A stretch of 64,000 bases of DNA, from the IMG/VR virus record IMGVR_UViG_3300047310_000412, positions 1-64,000 of that record. One strand, written 5' to 3'. Shown here piece by piece: positions 47,634 through 55,632 of this stretch. Origin of the DNA: a virus. Position 1 is the first letter of the stretch; every line of letters starts with the position of its first letter. Position numbers and translations under genes: made by a program. The notes beneath the pieces were generated by a model. It was given only the letters and a program-made list of their open reading frames with translations, did no database searches and had not been told where the DNA came from.

Positions 47634-47694
47634 CTTGAAACATGAGGCAGAATGCCATATATATAAAGCGGACACGGGAAATCGTTTCCGGTCC
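47634..47694 (+). promoter_or_regulatory. RpoD-type promoter plus conserved leader hairpin
   Basis: CTTGAA-N17-ATATAT, then ggacacGGGAAAtcgTTTCCGgtcc. Confidence 0.8.
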
Positions 47695-47711
47695 CAAGCG
47701 GGATAAAAGCG

Positions 47712-48179
47712 ATGAGCGGACATTTGATGACGGTGCCAGCGACAATCCGGCAGTTCACGCTCGCCGGGCTTGCGACGCTGACCCTCAAATCCACGCGGAC
47801 CGGCGCTCACTACACTTTCAAAGTGAAGCAAGCGCCGGCCGATGAGGCAACTGGTGAGGAGAAAGCCTTGTGGTTTGTCTCGGTGCTGGCCGACAGCGAT
47901 CGGTACATGTACGTGGGCTGCATCGCTGGCGCTGCCGAGAATTTCAAGCTGACCGGCGGCAGCAAATTCACCGAGGCCGCCGGTTGCACCAAGGCATGGC
48001 GGTATTTCTGGGCGGGCATCCAGACCGGCGTCGTCAAGCCGGAACTCGAGATAAGACACGAAGGAAGATGCGGCCGGTGCGGCCGGGAACTGACCACACC
48101 CGAGAGCGTGGATACCGGGTTCGGTCCGGAATGCGCGGATCGGTTGGGAATACCCTGGATGACGCGGGAGGATGCATGA
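47712..48179 (+). CDS. DUF6011-like Zn-binding protein
   Basis: CGRCGRELTTPES...GFGPEC. Confidence 0.75.
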   Translation: MSGHLMTVPATIRQFTLAGLATLTLKSTRTGAHYTFKVKQAPADEATGEEKALWFVSVLADSDRYMYVGCIAGAAENFKLTGGSKFTEAAGCTKAWRYFWAGIQTGVVKPELEIRHEGRCGRCGRELTTPESVDTGFGPECADRLGIPWMTREDA

Positions 48180-48451
48180 CAGTGGAACACACACCAGAAC
48201 AACAGGACATCATTCGACGCATCGGCGACGTGAACAAGCGGATCGATGAAGTAGCTGCGGAACATCGCGCTCTACAAGCCGCAGAGGCGCGCAAGCTATC
48301 CGACGCCGCACACGCCTTGAACGATGTCGGACAAGCCTTAGTCGATATAACGCGCGCCTTGACCGATGCCATAAATCGATCCGAGGAAATGCACCGCCTG
48401 TGTCGGCAACACGGCGATCTGTTTCGTGAATACCTCGACACTCTGCTGTAG
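48176..48451 (+). CDS. hypothetical coiled-coil protein
   Basis: ATGA coupling. Confidence 0.6.
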   Translation: MTVEHTPEQQDIIRRIGDVNKRIDEVAAEHRALQAAEARKLSDAAHALNDVGQALVDITRALTDAINRSEEMHRLCRQHGDLFREYLDTLL

Positions 48452-48460
48452 GACAATGTC

Positions 48461-48979
48461 ATGACCACATTAACCCTGGACCAGCTAGTCGATAGCGGCG
48501 TCGCCCACGCACGCCATATCCTCTTGAAAAAGCGCGCGAAGCAGCTAGAGGCGTTCTACACGCTGATCACCGAGGATAACGAGATGATCCTGCTGCCCTG
48601 CACGTTTCAGAACGATTTCGAGAAGGACGTGACGGTCGCGACAGTCAAGGCTACGGCGCTGTTGACCCACGCGGTTATGGCACTTTATGTCAACGAAGGC
48701 TGGATGGTGAAACTGCCGCCGCCTCTCAGCCCGTGGCATGCCAAGCGGCAGATGGAGAATTTGCCGAAACCGTCTGAAAGTCCCGATCGGATCGAGATTG
48801 TCCAGGCGCTGGCGACCGATGGTACTACTGTCAAATCGCGGTGCTTACAGATGGTTCGCGACAAACCGGGTGGTAAACTAATCGCACTCGTCCCGATGGC
48901 ACAACCCGACGAAGGCACCAAATATCAAGGCAGGATGATCGACGGGCTGCTCCCGCCGAGAAAGGAAGCGACATCATGA
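48461..48979 (+). CDS. hypothetical protein
   Basis: EGW...PSESPDRIE motif. Confidence 0.7.
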   Translation: MTTLTLDQLVDSGVAHARHILLKKRAKQLEAFYTLITEDNEMILLPCTFQNDFEKDVTVATVKATALLTHAVMALYVNEGWMVKLPPPLSPWHAKRQMENLPKPSESPDRIEIVQALATDGTTVKSRCLQMVRDKPGGKLIALVPMAQPDEGTKYQGRMIDGLLPPRKEATS

Positions 48980-49584
48980 ACAAAGATTTGTCCCGGCTGA
49001 GCATGGCCGAGGAACTGTGGCTCTGGCGCATCCGCCAGCCCAGCATGCCGCGACCGGGAAGTACCTTCCGGCGTAACGACATGACGCGCGGCGAGGCCGC
49101 GAAGTTTCTCGGCATGTCGCTGGAGCGCTACAAGAGCCTGGAAGCCGGCAAACGCATCAACATGGCGATCGAGGAACTGCCGTCGCTGGCGTTCCTGCGC
49201 ATGCCGCGTCCCGAGATGTCACTGCGCGAGCAGTTGATCCTGGCACGGCAACGATCGGGTCTTTTCATCCGTCAGCTAGCCCTCGAATACGGCATGTCGC
49301 ACACGCGATTGCTGACGCATGAGGACATGGGAGCGCGGCGGCTGATTGACTTCTGGTCAGCAAAGGGCTTCCACGGCTGGAACATGCCGGAAGAAGCCAT
49401 TGTGCGGCCAGTGGAACCACCGGTTCGAACACCGCCACCCCCGCCGAGCCTGCCGATCCGTCGCGGCGTCCTCATGACGGAACCGGAACCGGCGGTTCGA
49501 CCGCGACCGATGCTAATCCGGCGCGGGGCTGTAGTGCCGCCGCCGCCCCCCACGCGGCCGGTGCTGCTGCGCCGCAGCGCCTAA
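48976..49584 (+). CDS. tandem HTH (XRE-like) protein with Pro/Arg tail
   Basis: MTRGEAAKFLGMS..Y..LE and RQRSGL...LA..YGMS. Confidence 0.6.
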   Translation: MNKDLSRLSMAEELWLWRIRQPSMPRPGSTFRRNDMTRGEAAKFLGMSLERYKSLEAGKRINMAIEELPSLAFLRMPRPEMSLREQLILARQRSGLFIRQLALEYGMSHTRLLTHEDMGARRLIDFWSAKGFHGWNMPEEAIVRPVEPPVRTPPPPPSLPIRRGVLMTEPEPAVRPRPMLIRRGAVVPPPPPTRPVLLRRSA

Positions 49585-49596
49585 GGGTATAGAGGA

Positions 49597-49756
49597 TACG
49601 GCAGACCAAATCCCTTACTGGCGAGTTCCTGTCGTGCTGTTTCCCTGTCTCCCCCGCCGACGACAAGCTGGGCTGGGGGAGGCAAAACCCTTCACCAGTG
49701 GTGAACAGCACAACGCGTGCAGCCGTGCGGCCCCAAAGGACAGGATGCAGGGGCCA
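49597..49756 (+). ncRNA. candidate structured leader/ncRNA with pseudoknot
   Basis: Follows GGGTATAG; nested stems plus TCCTGTC/GACAGGA pairing. Confidence 0.4.
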
Positions 49757-49782
49757 CTTGGAATGGTTCAAAGGAGCGCTCA

Positions 49783-50322
49783 ATGGGCACAAAAGCAGAG
49801 CCATCAGTCTATGATTGCTGGGCAAAGGCCGAGGATGACGAGGAGATGTTCATCCTCCTGGGCCGTGACCGGCACGCGGCAGCGCTGGTGCGGCTATGGG
49901 CCGAGATGCGCGAGCGCGAAGGCGAAGACCCGATGGTGGTCGAGGAGGCACGCGAATGCGCCGATCGGCTGGAAGAGCAAGCGCGGGCGCTGGGCAAGCC
50001 GGTGATGAACCTAGAGAGCCTCGTCATGTTCGCCACCACGCTGCGCCAGGAGAAGGAAGAGGCAGCGGCGACAGCGGCCGTGCCGGCCGCTCCCACCGGC
50101 ACCTATGCGCTGGCGGAACAGGAGATTGTCATGGTGGGACATGGCGGTGCGGCGAAACTCGTCCGCATTTTCCCCCCTGACGCCGAAAACGACGCAGTAC
50201 GCGGCAAGGCCAATGTCCTCTTCCCGCGTTCGAACGGCCCGGTGACGGTCGATCTCATCCAACTACGCCGGGCGATGCCCGAGGAAGTCGAAGCGTATCG
50301 ACTGGCCGGCGGACGCCTCTAA
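49783..50322 (+). CDS. hypothetical protein (DEEMFILLGRD)
   Basis: AAGGAG RBS. Confidence 0.7.
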   Translation: MGTKAEPSVYDCWAKAEDDEEMFILLGRDRHAAALVRLWAEMREREGEDPMVVEEARECADRLEEQARALGKPVMNLESLVMFATTLRQEKEEAAATAAVPAAPTGTYALAEQEIVMVGHGGAAKLVRIFPPDAENDAVRGKANVLFPRSNGPVTVDLIQLRRAMPEEVEAYRLAGGRL

Positions 50323-50481
50323 TGCTGTCGCGGGGAAGGTCGCTGGTTAGCACAGATAAACCGCTGCTATGTCGGCCTCTTCGACACTGCCGAGGAAGCT
50401 GCACGGGCCTATGACCAAGCGGTAATCGCAGTCCACGGCGAATTTGCTTACTTGAACTTTGGGAGGCCAAAATCTTTTTAA
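50323..50481 (+). pseudogene. AP2 DNA-binding domain remnant (from an HNH-AP2 endonuclease)
   Basis: GRWLAQI...[30 protein letters not shown] with no usable in-frame start codon. Confidence 0.75.
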
Positions 50482-51479
50482 TGGATACCATAGCCAACGC
50501 GGCGATGATGGTCAGGACCGCGCGTCTGCCGAATGATCCGCTGCTCAAAATCTTCCCCGCGATCGATCAGAAGCTGCGCGGCACGCCGCGCTTCCTGCTC
50601 GATGAGAACGCGATCCACACCGCTGTCGAATTAACTCTCGGACGCCCCAAAGTGCTCTTGGAGGCGATGCGACATCTGCGCATCCCCTACCGGCGGCTTT
50701 GGGTCGAATGGCCGGAAAGCGGCCGGGCGAAGCTGCGCGAGGAATTTGGCGACCAAGGCTATATCGGCCCGGACCGGCCGCTCCCCGAGCGGCTGGGCTT
50801 CCTGCTCGAATGCGACGAGAGCGGGCGTAAGGGTCAGGTCACCTGGATTTGGACATCACCCGAACACGAGGAGCTAGGCGGCAGCTTCCCCAATGTCGGC
50901 GCAATCTCGCCTTATTTCGATCTGGACAGTCAGACCGCGCAGCCCTCGATCCGGATCGAGGGCTTCCTGCGCGGCAATCTCTGCCGTCTGTGGAAAGATA
51001 ACCCAATACAGACCGAGGCGCTTTTCGACATCTGGCGCACCGCCGAGCACCGCCCCAGCGACTGGGGCTACGAATACATCACGACGATCGCCGGCCAGGG
51101 AGCCAGTGTCGAGCACGCGATTGCCAATATGTGGGCGGACGTATACGGCGAGTACATCATCATCTGGGCGGTCATGCTGCTGCTCACGTCGAGCCGCAAG
51201 ACGGTGGACTACCGGCCGGTGGACCGGTCGCGGATTAACAAGCTGCGCCAAAAGCGCAAGCAGTTCCCGCTCTTCGACCACACCGAAGTTATCATGCATC
51301 TCGGCCAGCACAGCCTCCAGGGGCAGCGTCGCCAGCCACTGAACTTCAAGCGTAAGCCTCCGCGCATCCACGTAGTGTCGAGCTTCCTCAACCGTCGCGG
51401 CGACAAGCACTGGGTCGTCGCGCCATTCATGCGCGGATCGGGCGATACGATCCACCGACAAATCAAAGTTCGAGCTTGA
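50481..51479 (+). CDS. hypothetical protein, paralogue-like to 46353-47627
   Basis: RFLLDENA, RIPYxxLWVE, PRIHVV...W..PFMRG. Confidence 0.75.
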   Translation: MDTIANAAMMVRTARLPNDPLLKIFPAIDQKLRGTPRFLLDENAIHTAVELTLGRPKVLLEAMRHLRIPYRRLWVEWPESGRAKLREEFGDQGYIGPDRPLPERLGFLLECDESGRKGQVTWIWTSPEHEELGGSFPNVGAISPYFDLDSQTAQPSIRIEGFLRGNLCRLWKDNPIQTEALFDIWRTAEHRPSDWGYEYITTIAGQGASVEHAIANMWADVYGEYIIIWAVMLLLTSSRKTVDYRPVDRSRINKLRQKRKQFPLFDHTEVIMHLGQHSLQGQRRQPLNFKRKPPRIHVVSSFLNRRGDKHWVVAPFMRGSGDTIHRQIKVRA

Positions 51480-51503
51480 ACTTTGGGGCAGTATCCTCTA
51501 TAT
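51475..51503 (+). promoter_or_regulatory. RpoD-type promoter
   Basis: CTTGAA-N17-CTATAT. Confidence 0.75.
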
Positions 51504-51538
51504 GGCACGGCACGATCAAACGGGGAAAGGAAACAACC

Positions 51539-51745
51539 GTGTCACTCGTTGATGTTGCTCGCCGGATAAGAACACCAAACCTACTGATGGACATAAAACT
51601 TGTCGCTGACAAGCTGGACATCATGCTTGAAGATGACGCTGACGACCTCCGCAACCATATCTCGCAAGCAGACCAATCAAAAATACGTGCAGCCCTGGCT
51701 GAACTGTCGGCCCGGATCGACGCGGTAACAGCCCAAATGCCATGA
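51539..51745 (+). CDS. hypothetical protein
   Basis: AAGGA RBS with GTG start. Confidence 0.55.
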   Translation: MSLVDVARRIRTPNLLMDIKLVADKLDIMLEDDADDLRNHISQADQSKIRAALAELSARIDAVTAQMP

Positions 51746-52050
51746 GGGGGGGCAAAATGGCAGAACTCAGTGGTAGCGAAATCCGTCTCAGCAGCGGCGT
51801 GGTAGCCATCATGGCTGAAGGCGGAACGGTAACCGTGGTCGAGGCATCGGCAGAGGCCGAGACCAAATTCTATTTCAGGATGACGGTTACCCATAAGAAC
51901 GATATCGGCAAGGCTCGCCCCTTGGGGATCAAGCCAACCCAGGCATGCTCTGCCGATTACGACATCCTCATCGCTTTTCTAAAGCAGCTTGAAAATTGCG
52001 ACTACGTCATGACCAATCTTGAGCGCGTTTCCGGCAGCATGCCGGCGTAA
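51742..52050 (+). CDS. hypothetical protein
   Basis: Last gene of the plus-strand arm. Confidence 0.6.
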   Translation: MRGGKMAELSGSEIRLSSGVVAIMAEGGTVTVVEASAEAETKFYFRMTVTHKNDIGKARPLGIKPTQACSADYDILIAFLKQLENCDYVMTNLERVSGSMPA

Positions 52051-52453
52051 AGGCATAGCCGAGGCCGTGCTAGTGCGGCGCGAGGCTAGGGGGCCGATCG
52101 GGGGAGGGGAACCATAGGACATGCGCGATGTCCTCCCCGTCGAAACCGGTCGGCTCCCGGCGCTTTCAATCCAAAAATGCAAAAGCGGACAAGCGGACAG
52201 ATTTTGGCCGCTTTTGCAGCTTTTTTTGCGGCCATTTCGGCATATTATCCATAATTCTCAATGCTCTAACATAATTGGCCGGCGGCAACTAATTGTGGCC
52301 CCGTTTAACGTAATTATGGCCAACTGAGCAATTTCAAGCGGTTACGGCTCGCCGAAGTCGCGATGCTTGCATCGTTACCGGCGATGACAAACCGTGACAC
52401 ATCGCGACACATGAGGCCGCCGGCCAAAAAGCCTCTAGGAAGCCCGTAGACGC

Positions 52454-52496
52454 AAAAAGGGGGCCGCAAGCTGGTAATCACCAGCCGGCCCCCTTT
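52454..52496 (-). terminator. terminator of the late (structural) arm, possibly bidirectional
   Basis: AAAAAGGGGGCCG...CGGCCCCCTTT. Confidence 0.75.
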
Positions 52497-52530
52497 CGCT
52501 TACCAGCAGCCTGCCTGCGCGGGCGCTGGC

Positions 52531-52839
52531 CTATTTCGGCGGTGCCGGATCGGGCGGGACGACAGCCGCGCCCGAATGATGCGGCGTCACGTGGCGGTGA
52601 TAGGACGCCGGATGCTTCGAATAGGAATGATACGAGTGATAGTAGTGGTGGTGGATCACGTAGTAGTGGTGCCAGCGCCCATGATGATGCTCGCGATACG
52701 GCGGCGGGTTCGGGACGGGCGTGTCCTCGATTACCGTTGGCGCGGGCGGGATGGCCGCAATGGGTACAGGTGCGGGAGGCGGCGGTTCCGCACAGGCCGC
52801 CAATGCGGCGCAGGCAGCAAGCAAGAGAACGCGGCGCAT
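52531..52839 (-). CDS. lipoprotein with Pro- and His/Tyr-rich tail
   Basis: Lipobox LAAC after a hydrophobic signal; AGGAGG RBS. Confidence 0.7.
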   Translation of the reverse strand: MRRVLLLAACAALAACAEPPPPAPVPIAAIPPAPTVIEDTPVPNPPPYREHHHGRWHHYYVIHHHYYHSYHSYSKHPASYHRHVTPHHSGAAVVPPDPAPPK

Positions 52840-52849
52840 GGCGGCCTCC

Positions 52850-53455
52850 TTAGGCAGGACGGGAGTTCAGCACGGGTCTTGTCGGTGCCGCCGACGCCGC
52901 TGCGGGTTCCTGGCCCGGTGGTGTCATCGGAGGAGGATGCGGCGCGTATTCCGGAACCGGCGGATACAGTTCCATCGGCGGCACGTCGCTATCCGGCAGC
53001 ACATGACTTGGCGGCAACGGCGGCGGTACGAAAGGCGGCATGGTAGGCATCGGCGGCCGGGCCGGCGGCATGGTAATCGGCGGCGGTGTGTATGTCGGGA
53101 TCGGTGTACCCATTTCCGCTGACGCCCGCGCTGACGGCGGCGGCAGCGGCGGATGGGCCGATCCGGTGTAGGTGTAGCCCCAAGCCTCGAGTTCAGCGAT
53201 CAGCAAAGCCTGCTGGCCTTCGAGCGCGGTAATGATATTGGCAAGCGCGGTAGGATCGCTGATCGCCGGATACAATTCGACGCGGGTCGCTACCGGCAAT
53301 GTCCCTTCGGACTGATCGGCGGGCGGCACCGGGGGCGCACTGACACCGATCGCAAAGACCGTCGAACCGGCTTTGAGCGACGCAATCGCCCGCTCGATAT
53401 CAGCAAGCTGTCGCTGCGTGTCGGCTGCATCGGGTATCTCATTGATATCGGGCAT
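52850..53455 (-). CDS. tail-fibre-associated protein (paralogue family), Pro-rich
   Basis: N-terminus similar to 59710-59991 and 59988-60602. Confidence 0.65.
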   Translation of the reverse strand: MPDINEIPDAADTQRQLADIERAIASLKAGSTVFAIGVSAPPVPPADQSEGTLPVATRVELYPAISDPTALANIITALEGQQALLIAELEAWGYTYTGSAHPPLPPPSARASAEMGTPIPTYTPPPITMPPARPPMPTMPPFVPPPLPPSHVLPDSDVPPMELYPPVPEYAPHPPPMTPPGQEPAAASAAPTRPVLNSRPA

Positions 53456-55623
53456 TATGCTCTCCCTTCTAGGGCTTCAACTTTTGCCGCCAGTTCTCTC
53501 ACCGCATTGACCAAGGCATACAGCACGGGCGTTGCCTCGATCCCCTTAAATCCTTCGGGCGCACCTTCATGCGTGCGAATAAGTTCCGGCATCAGTTCCT
53601 CGACTTCATCCGCAACCAGCCCGATCTGAGTTTTTCCATCATCGACGGTTGGCGACACACCGTTGTACTGAAAGCGGCGCGGCTTCAGCTTGCGGATCAC
53701 GTCAAGACCGGGTCGGTAGTCCTCGATATTTTTCTTGAGCCGCCGTTCCGAATAATTGACCCACATTTGGCCGTTCTGCTTATAGCCTTCACCGGCATTG
53801 GCGATTTGGAATAAACCGGGAGCGGTAAAACTAACGTCGAATAGACTGCCGGTGCCTACCGCACCAGTCATCCACGACACGAAATACCCGCCGGCCATAT
53901 AAAAACCTTCTAGCCCCTGCCCTATCCGCGTGGCCATGGGTCTCGGAGTGTAAGATTGCTTACCGACATAGTAGATAATTCCATCCAGCAGGCTCATTTC
54001 GGCATTCGGTCCGCCGATCCAGGTATAGCCGGCCACAGAGCAAGCACCGGAAATGTAAGCATTGGCTCCCACTGTGATATAACCAGTGTAGGTCGAGCCG
54101 CCAATCCAGCAGCCACCGTTGTCTTGAATGTAGTTGGTGATGACCGCGCTGTTAGTGACCACATTGCCATTGCAACTGAGCGTGCCTGCCGCATAAATAC
54201 TTCCTGCACTGTTTATATAATTATCGGCCTGGATAGCCCCACCCGTGCGGAAATTACCGCCAAAATACAGCCAGCCATTACCAAGATCATAGATACCGGG
54301 CTGACCACCGATCAAAAGCTGTCCGCTTACACGAATATTGCTACTGGCCTGAACTTCACCCGCTGACCAGATATTGCCGCTGGAAACACTGAGGCCGTTG
54401 TAAATATTGGCACTGCCGTAAACGGTCAGCCCGCCGCTAACCGACATGTTGCTTTGGGCGCTGACTGGACCAAAGAAAAAGGCACCGCCGTTCATATCGA
54501 TTTCAAAACGGATCGCACCGCCGGTCTCGTCGGCAATGGAAAAGAGACCGCTGTTCAGACAGCCGACAGACCAGTCGCGCGTGCCGCCGCTGACATAACG
54601 CGTGCGGGCATAAAAGCCGTGATCGGCGTAAACTTGCCATGGGTCATTGCCGCCGGGGATATAGGCCCGGCCGCCGCCATTGAGATAGCCAATGGCATTG
54701 GAGATAAACTGCCCGAGCACATTGAAGTTGTTGTGAGCGTAAATCCAGCCTGCCGTGTAGATATGCGTGTCGGTGACCGTACCCCCACCAAGCTGCAAGA
54801 TATTGCCTGAAGCGGAAAGCCCCAGCACGGCCCGCGCTTGACCGCCATTGTCACGGCAGTAGAAGAAGTTATTATTGCCGGTGACGACATTGCCGCTGGA
54901 CCACACCGAGTTGCCGCCGACATCGGCAAAGACCGTCGCATTGCCGCCGATATGAACCGCGTTGTCGGAAAGGAAGCCGACGATCGGCCGCGCACTGCCG
55001 CCTGTGTCCCGCCCCGAATAATAGATATTATTGCCGATCAGCGGTGTGCCGTTGAAGATCACATAGGGTGCGGTGCCGTCGTTGATGTAGACGTTGTTGT
55101 CGCTGCCCTTGAGGATGAGACCGCGCGCCGTGCCTCCCGTGTCCTTACCGTAATACCACGTGCTGTTGGACAGCACCGTCGAGATGCCCGGCTGGAAATA
55201 GATGGTGCCCACCATCGTACCGCCCGCGAGAGGTAGGTACGCGCCCAAGTTCGGGCCGGCGGGGATCAGCGCCTCGACAAAGGCCGAAAGCGCGTTCTGA
55301 AATTCGGTGATCCAGTTGATCTGGCTCCCATCATCGGGGATGTAGATATTGCTCTGGTTGCTGATCCACTGGCAGAGGCTCGACGCGACAAACGTCCCCT
55401 GCCGCAAAGCACGGTTGTTAAAGCCCGAAACCGCCAGTCCCGGCAGATTGCCGGTGCCTAAGAGCGGGTCGGTAAAGTAAGCCGGCAAGGCTTCCAGATT
55501 GGCTCCTACCCCCAATGCGACCGATTTGAAGTCGGTGCCGGGACCGGCCAGCGGATTGACGCCGGGACCGGCTAGCCGATTTACGTCGTGACCATTGCCC
55601 GCGCCGTTCGAGATATCAGCCAT
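53455..55623 (-). CDS. tail fibre with C-terminal S74 intramolecular chaperone
   Basis: N-terminal FNNRALRQG baseplate-attachment-like region; Gly/Asn repeats; YSERRLKKNI...GLVADEV...LVNAVREL. Confidence 0.85.
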   Translation of the reverse strand: MADISNGAGNGHDVNRLAGPGVNPLAGPGTDFKSVALGVGANLEALPAYFTDPLLGTGNLPGLAVSGFNNRALRQGTFVASSLCQWISNQSNIYIPDDGSQINWITEFQNALSAFVEALIPAGPNLGAYLPLAGGTMVGTIYFQPGISTVLSNSTWYYGKDTGGTARGLILKGSDNNVYINDGTAPYVIFNGTPLIGNNIYYSGRDTGGSARPIVGFLSDNAVHIGGNATVFADVGGNSVWSSGNVVTGNNNFFYCRDNGGQARAVLGLSASGNILQLGGGTVTDTHIYTAGWIYAHNNFNVLGQFISNAIGYLNGGGRAYIPGGNDPWQVYADHGFYARTRYVSGGTRDWSVGCLNSGLFSIADETGGAIRFEIDMNGGAFFFGPVSAQSNMSVSGGLTVYGSANIYNGLSVSSGNIWSAGEVQASSNIRVSGQLLIGGQPGIYDLGNGWLYFGGNFRTGGAIQADNYINSAGSIYAAGTLSCNGNVVTNSAVITNYIQDNGGCWIGGSTYTGYITVGANAYISGACSVAGYTWIGGPNAEMSLLDGIIYYVGKQSYTPRPMATRIGQGLEGFYMAGGYFVSWMTGAVGTGSLFDVSFTAPGLFQIANAGEGYKQNGQMWVNYSERRLKKNIEDYRPGLDVIRKLKPRRFQYNGVSPTVDDGKTQIGLVADEVEELMPELIRTHEGAPEGFKGIEATPVLYALVNAVRELAAKVEALEGRA
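55537..55584. repeat. 24-bp imperfect duplication (VN[R/P]LAGPG x2)
   Basis: gccgggaccggc(c/t)agc... x2. Confidence 0.7.
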
Positions 55624-55632
55624 CGGTATCCC

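Noticed and set aside
27593-47694. Repeated leader hairpins as CRISPR repeats
   Set aside because: They are kilobases apart, not in a repeat-spacer array, and no cas genes are present.
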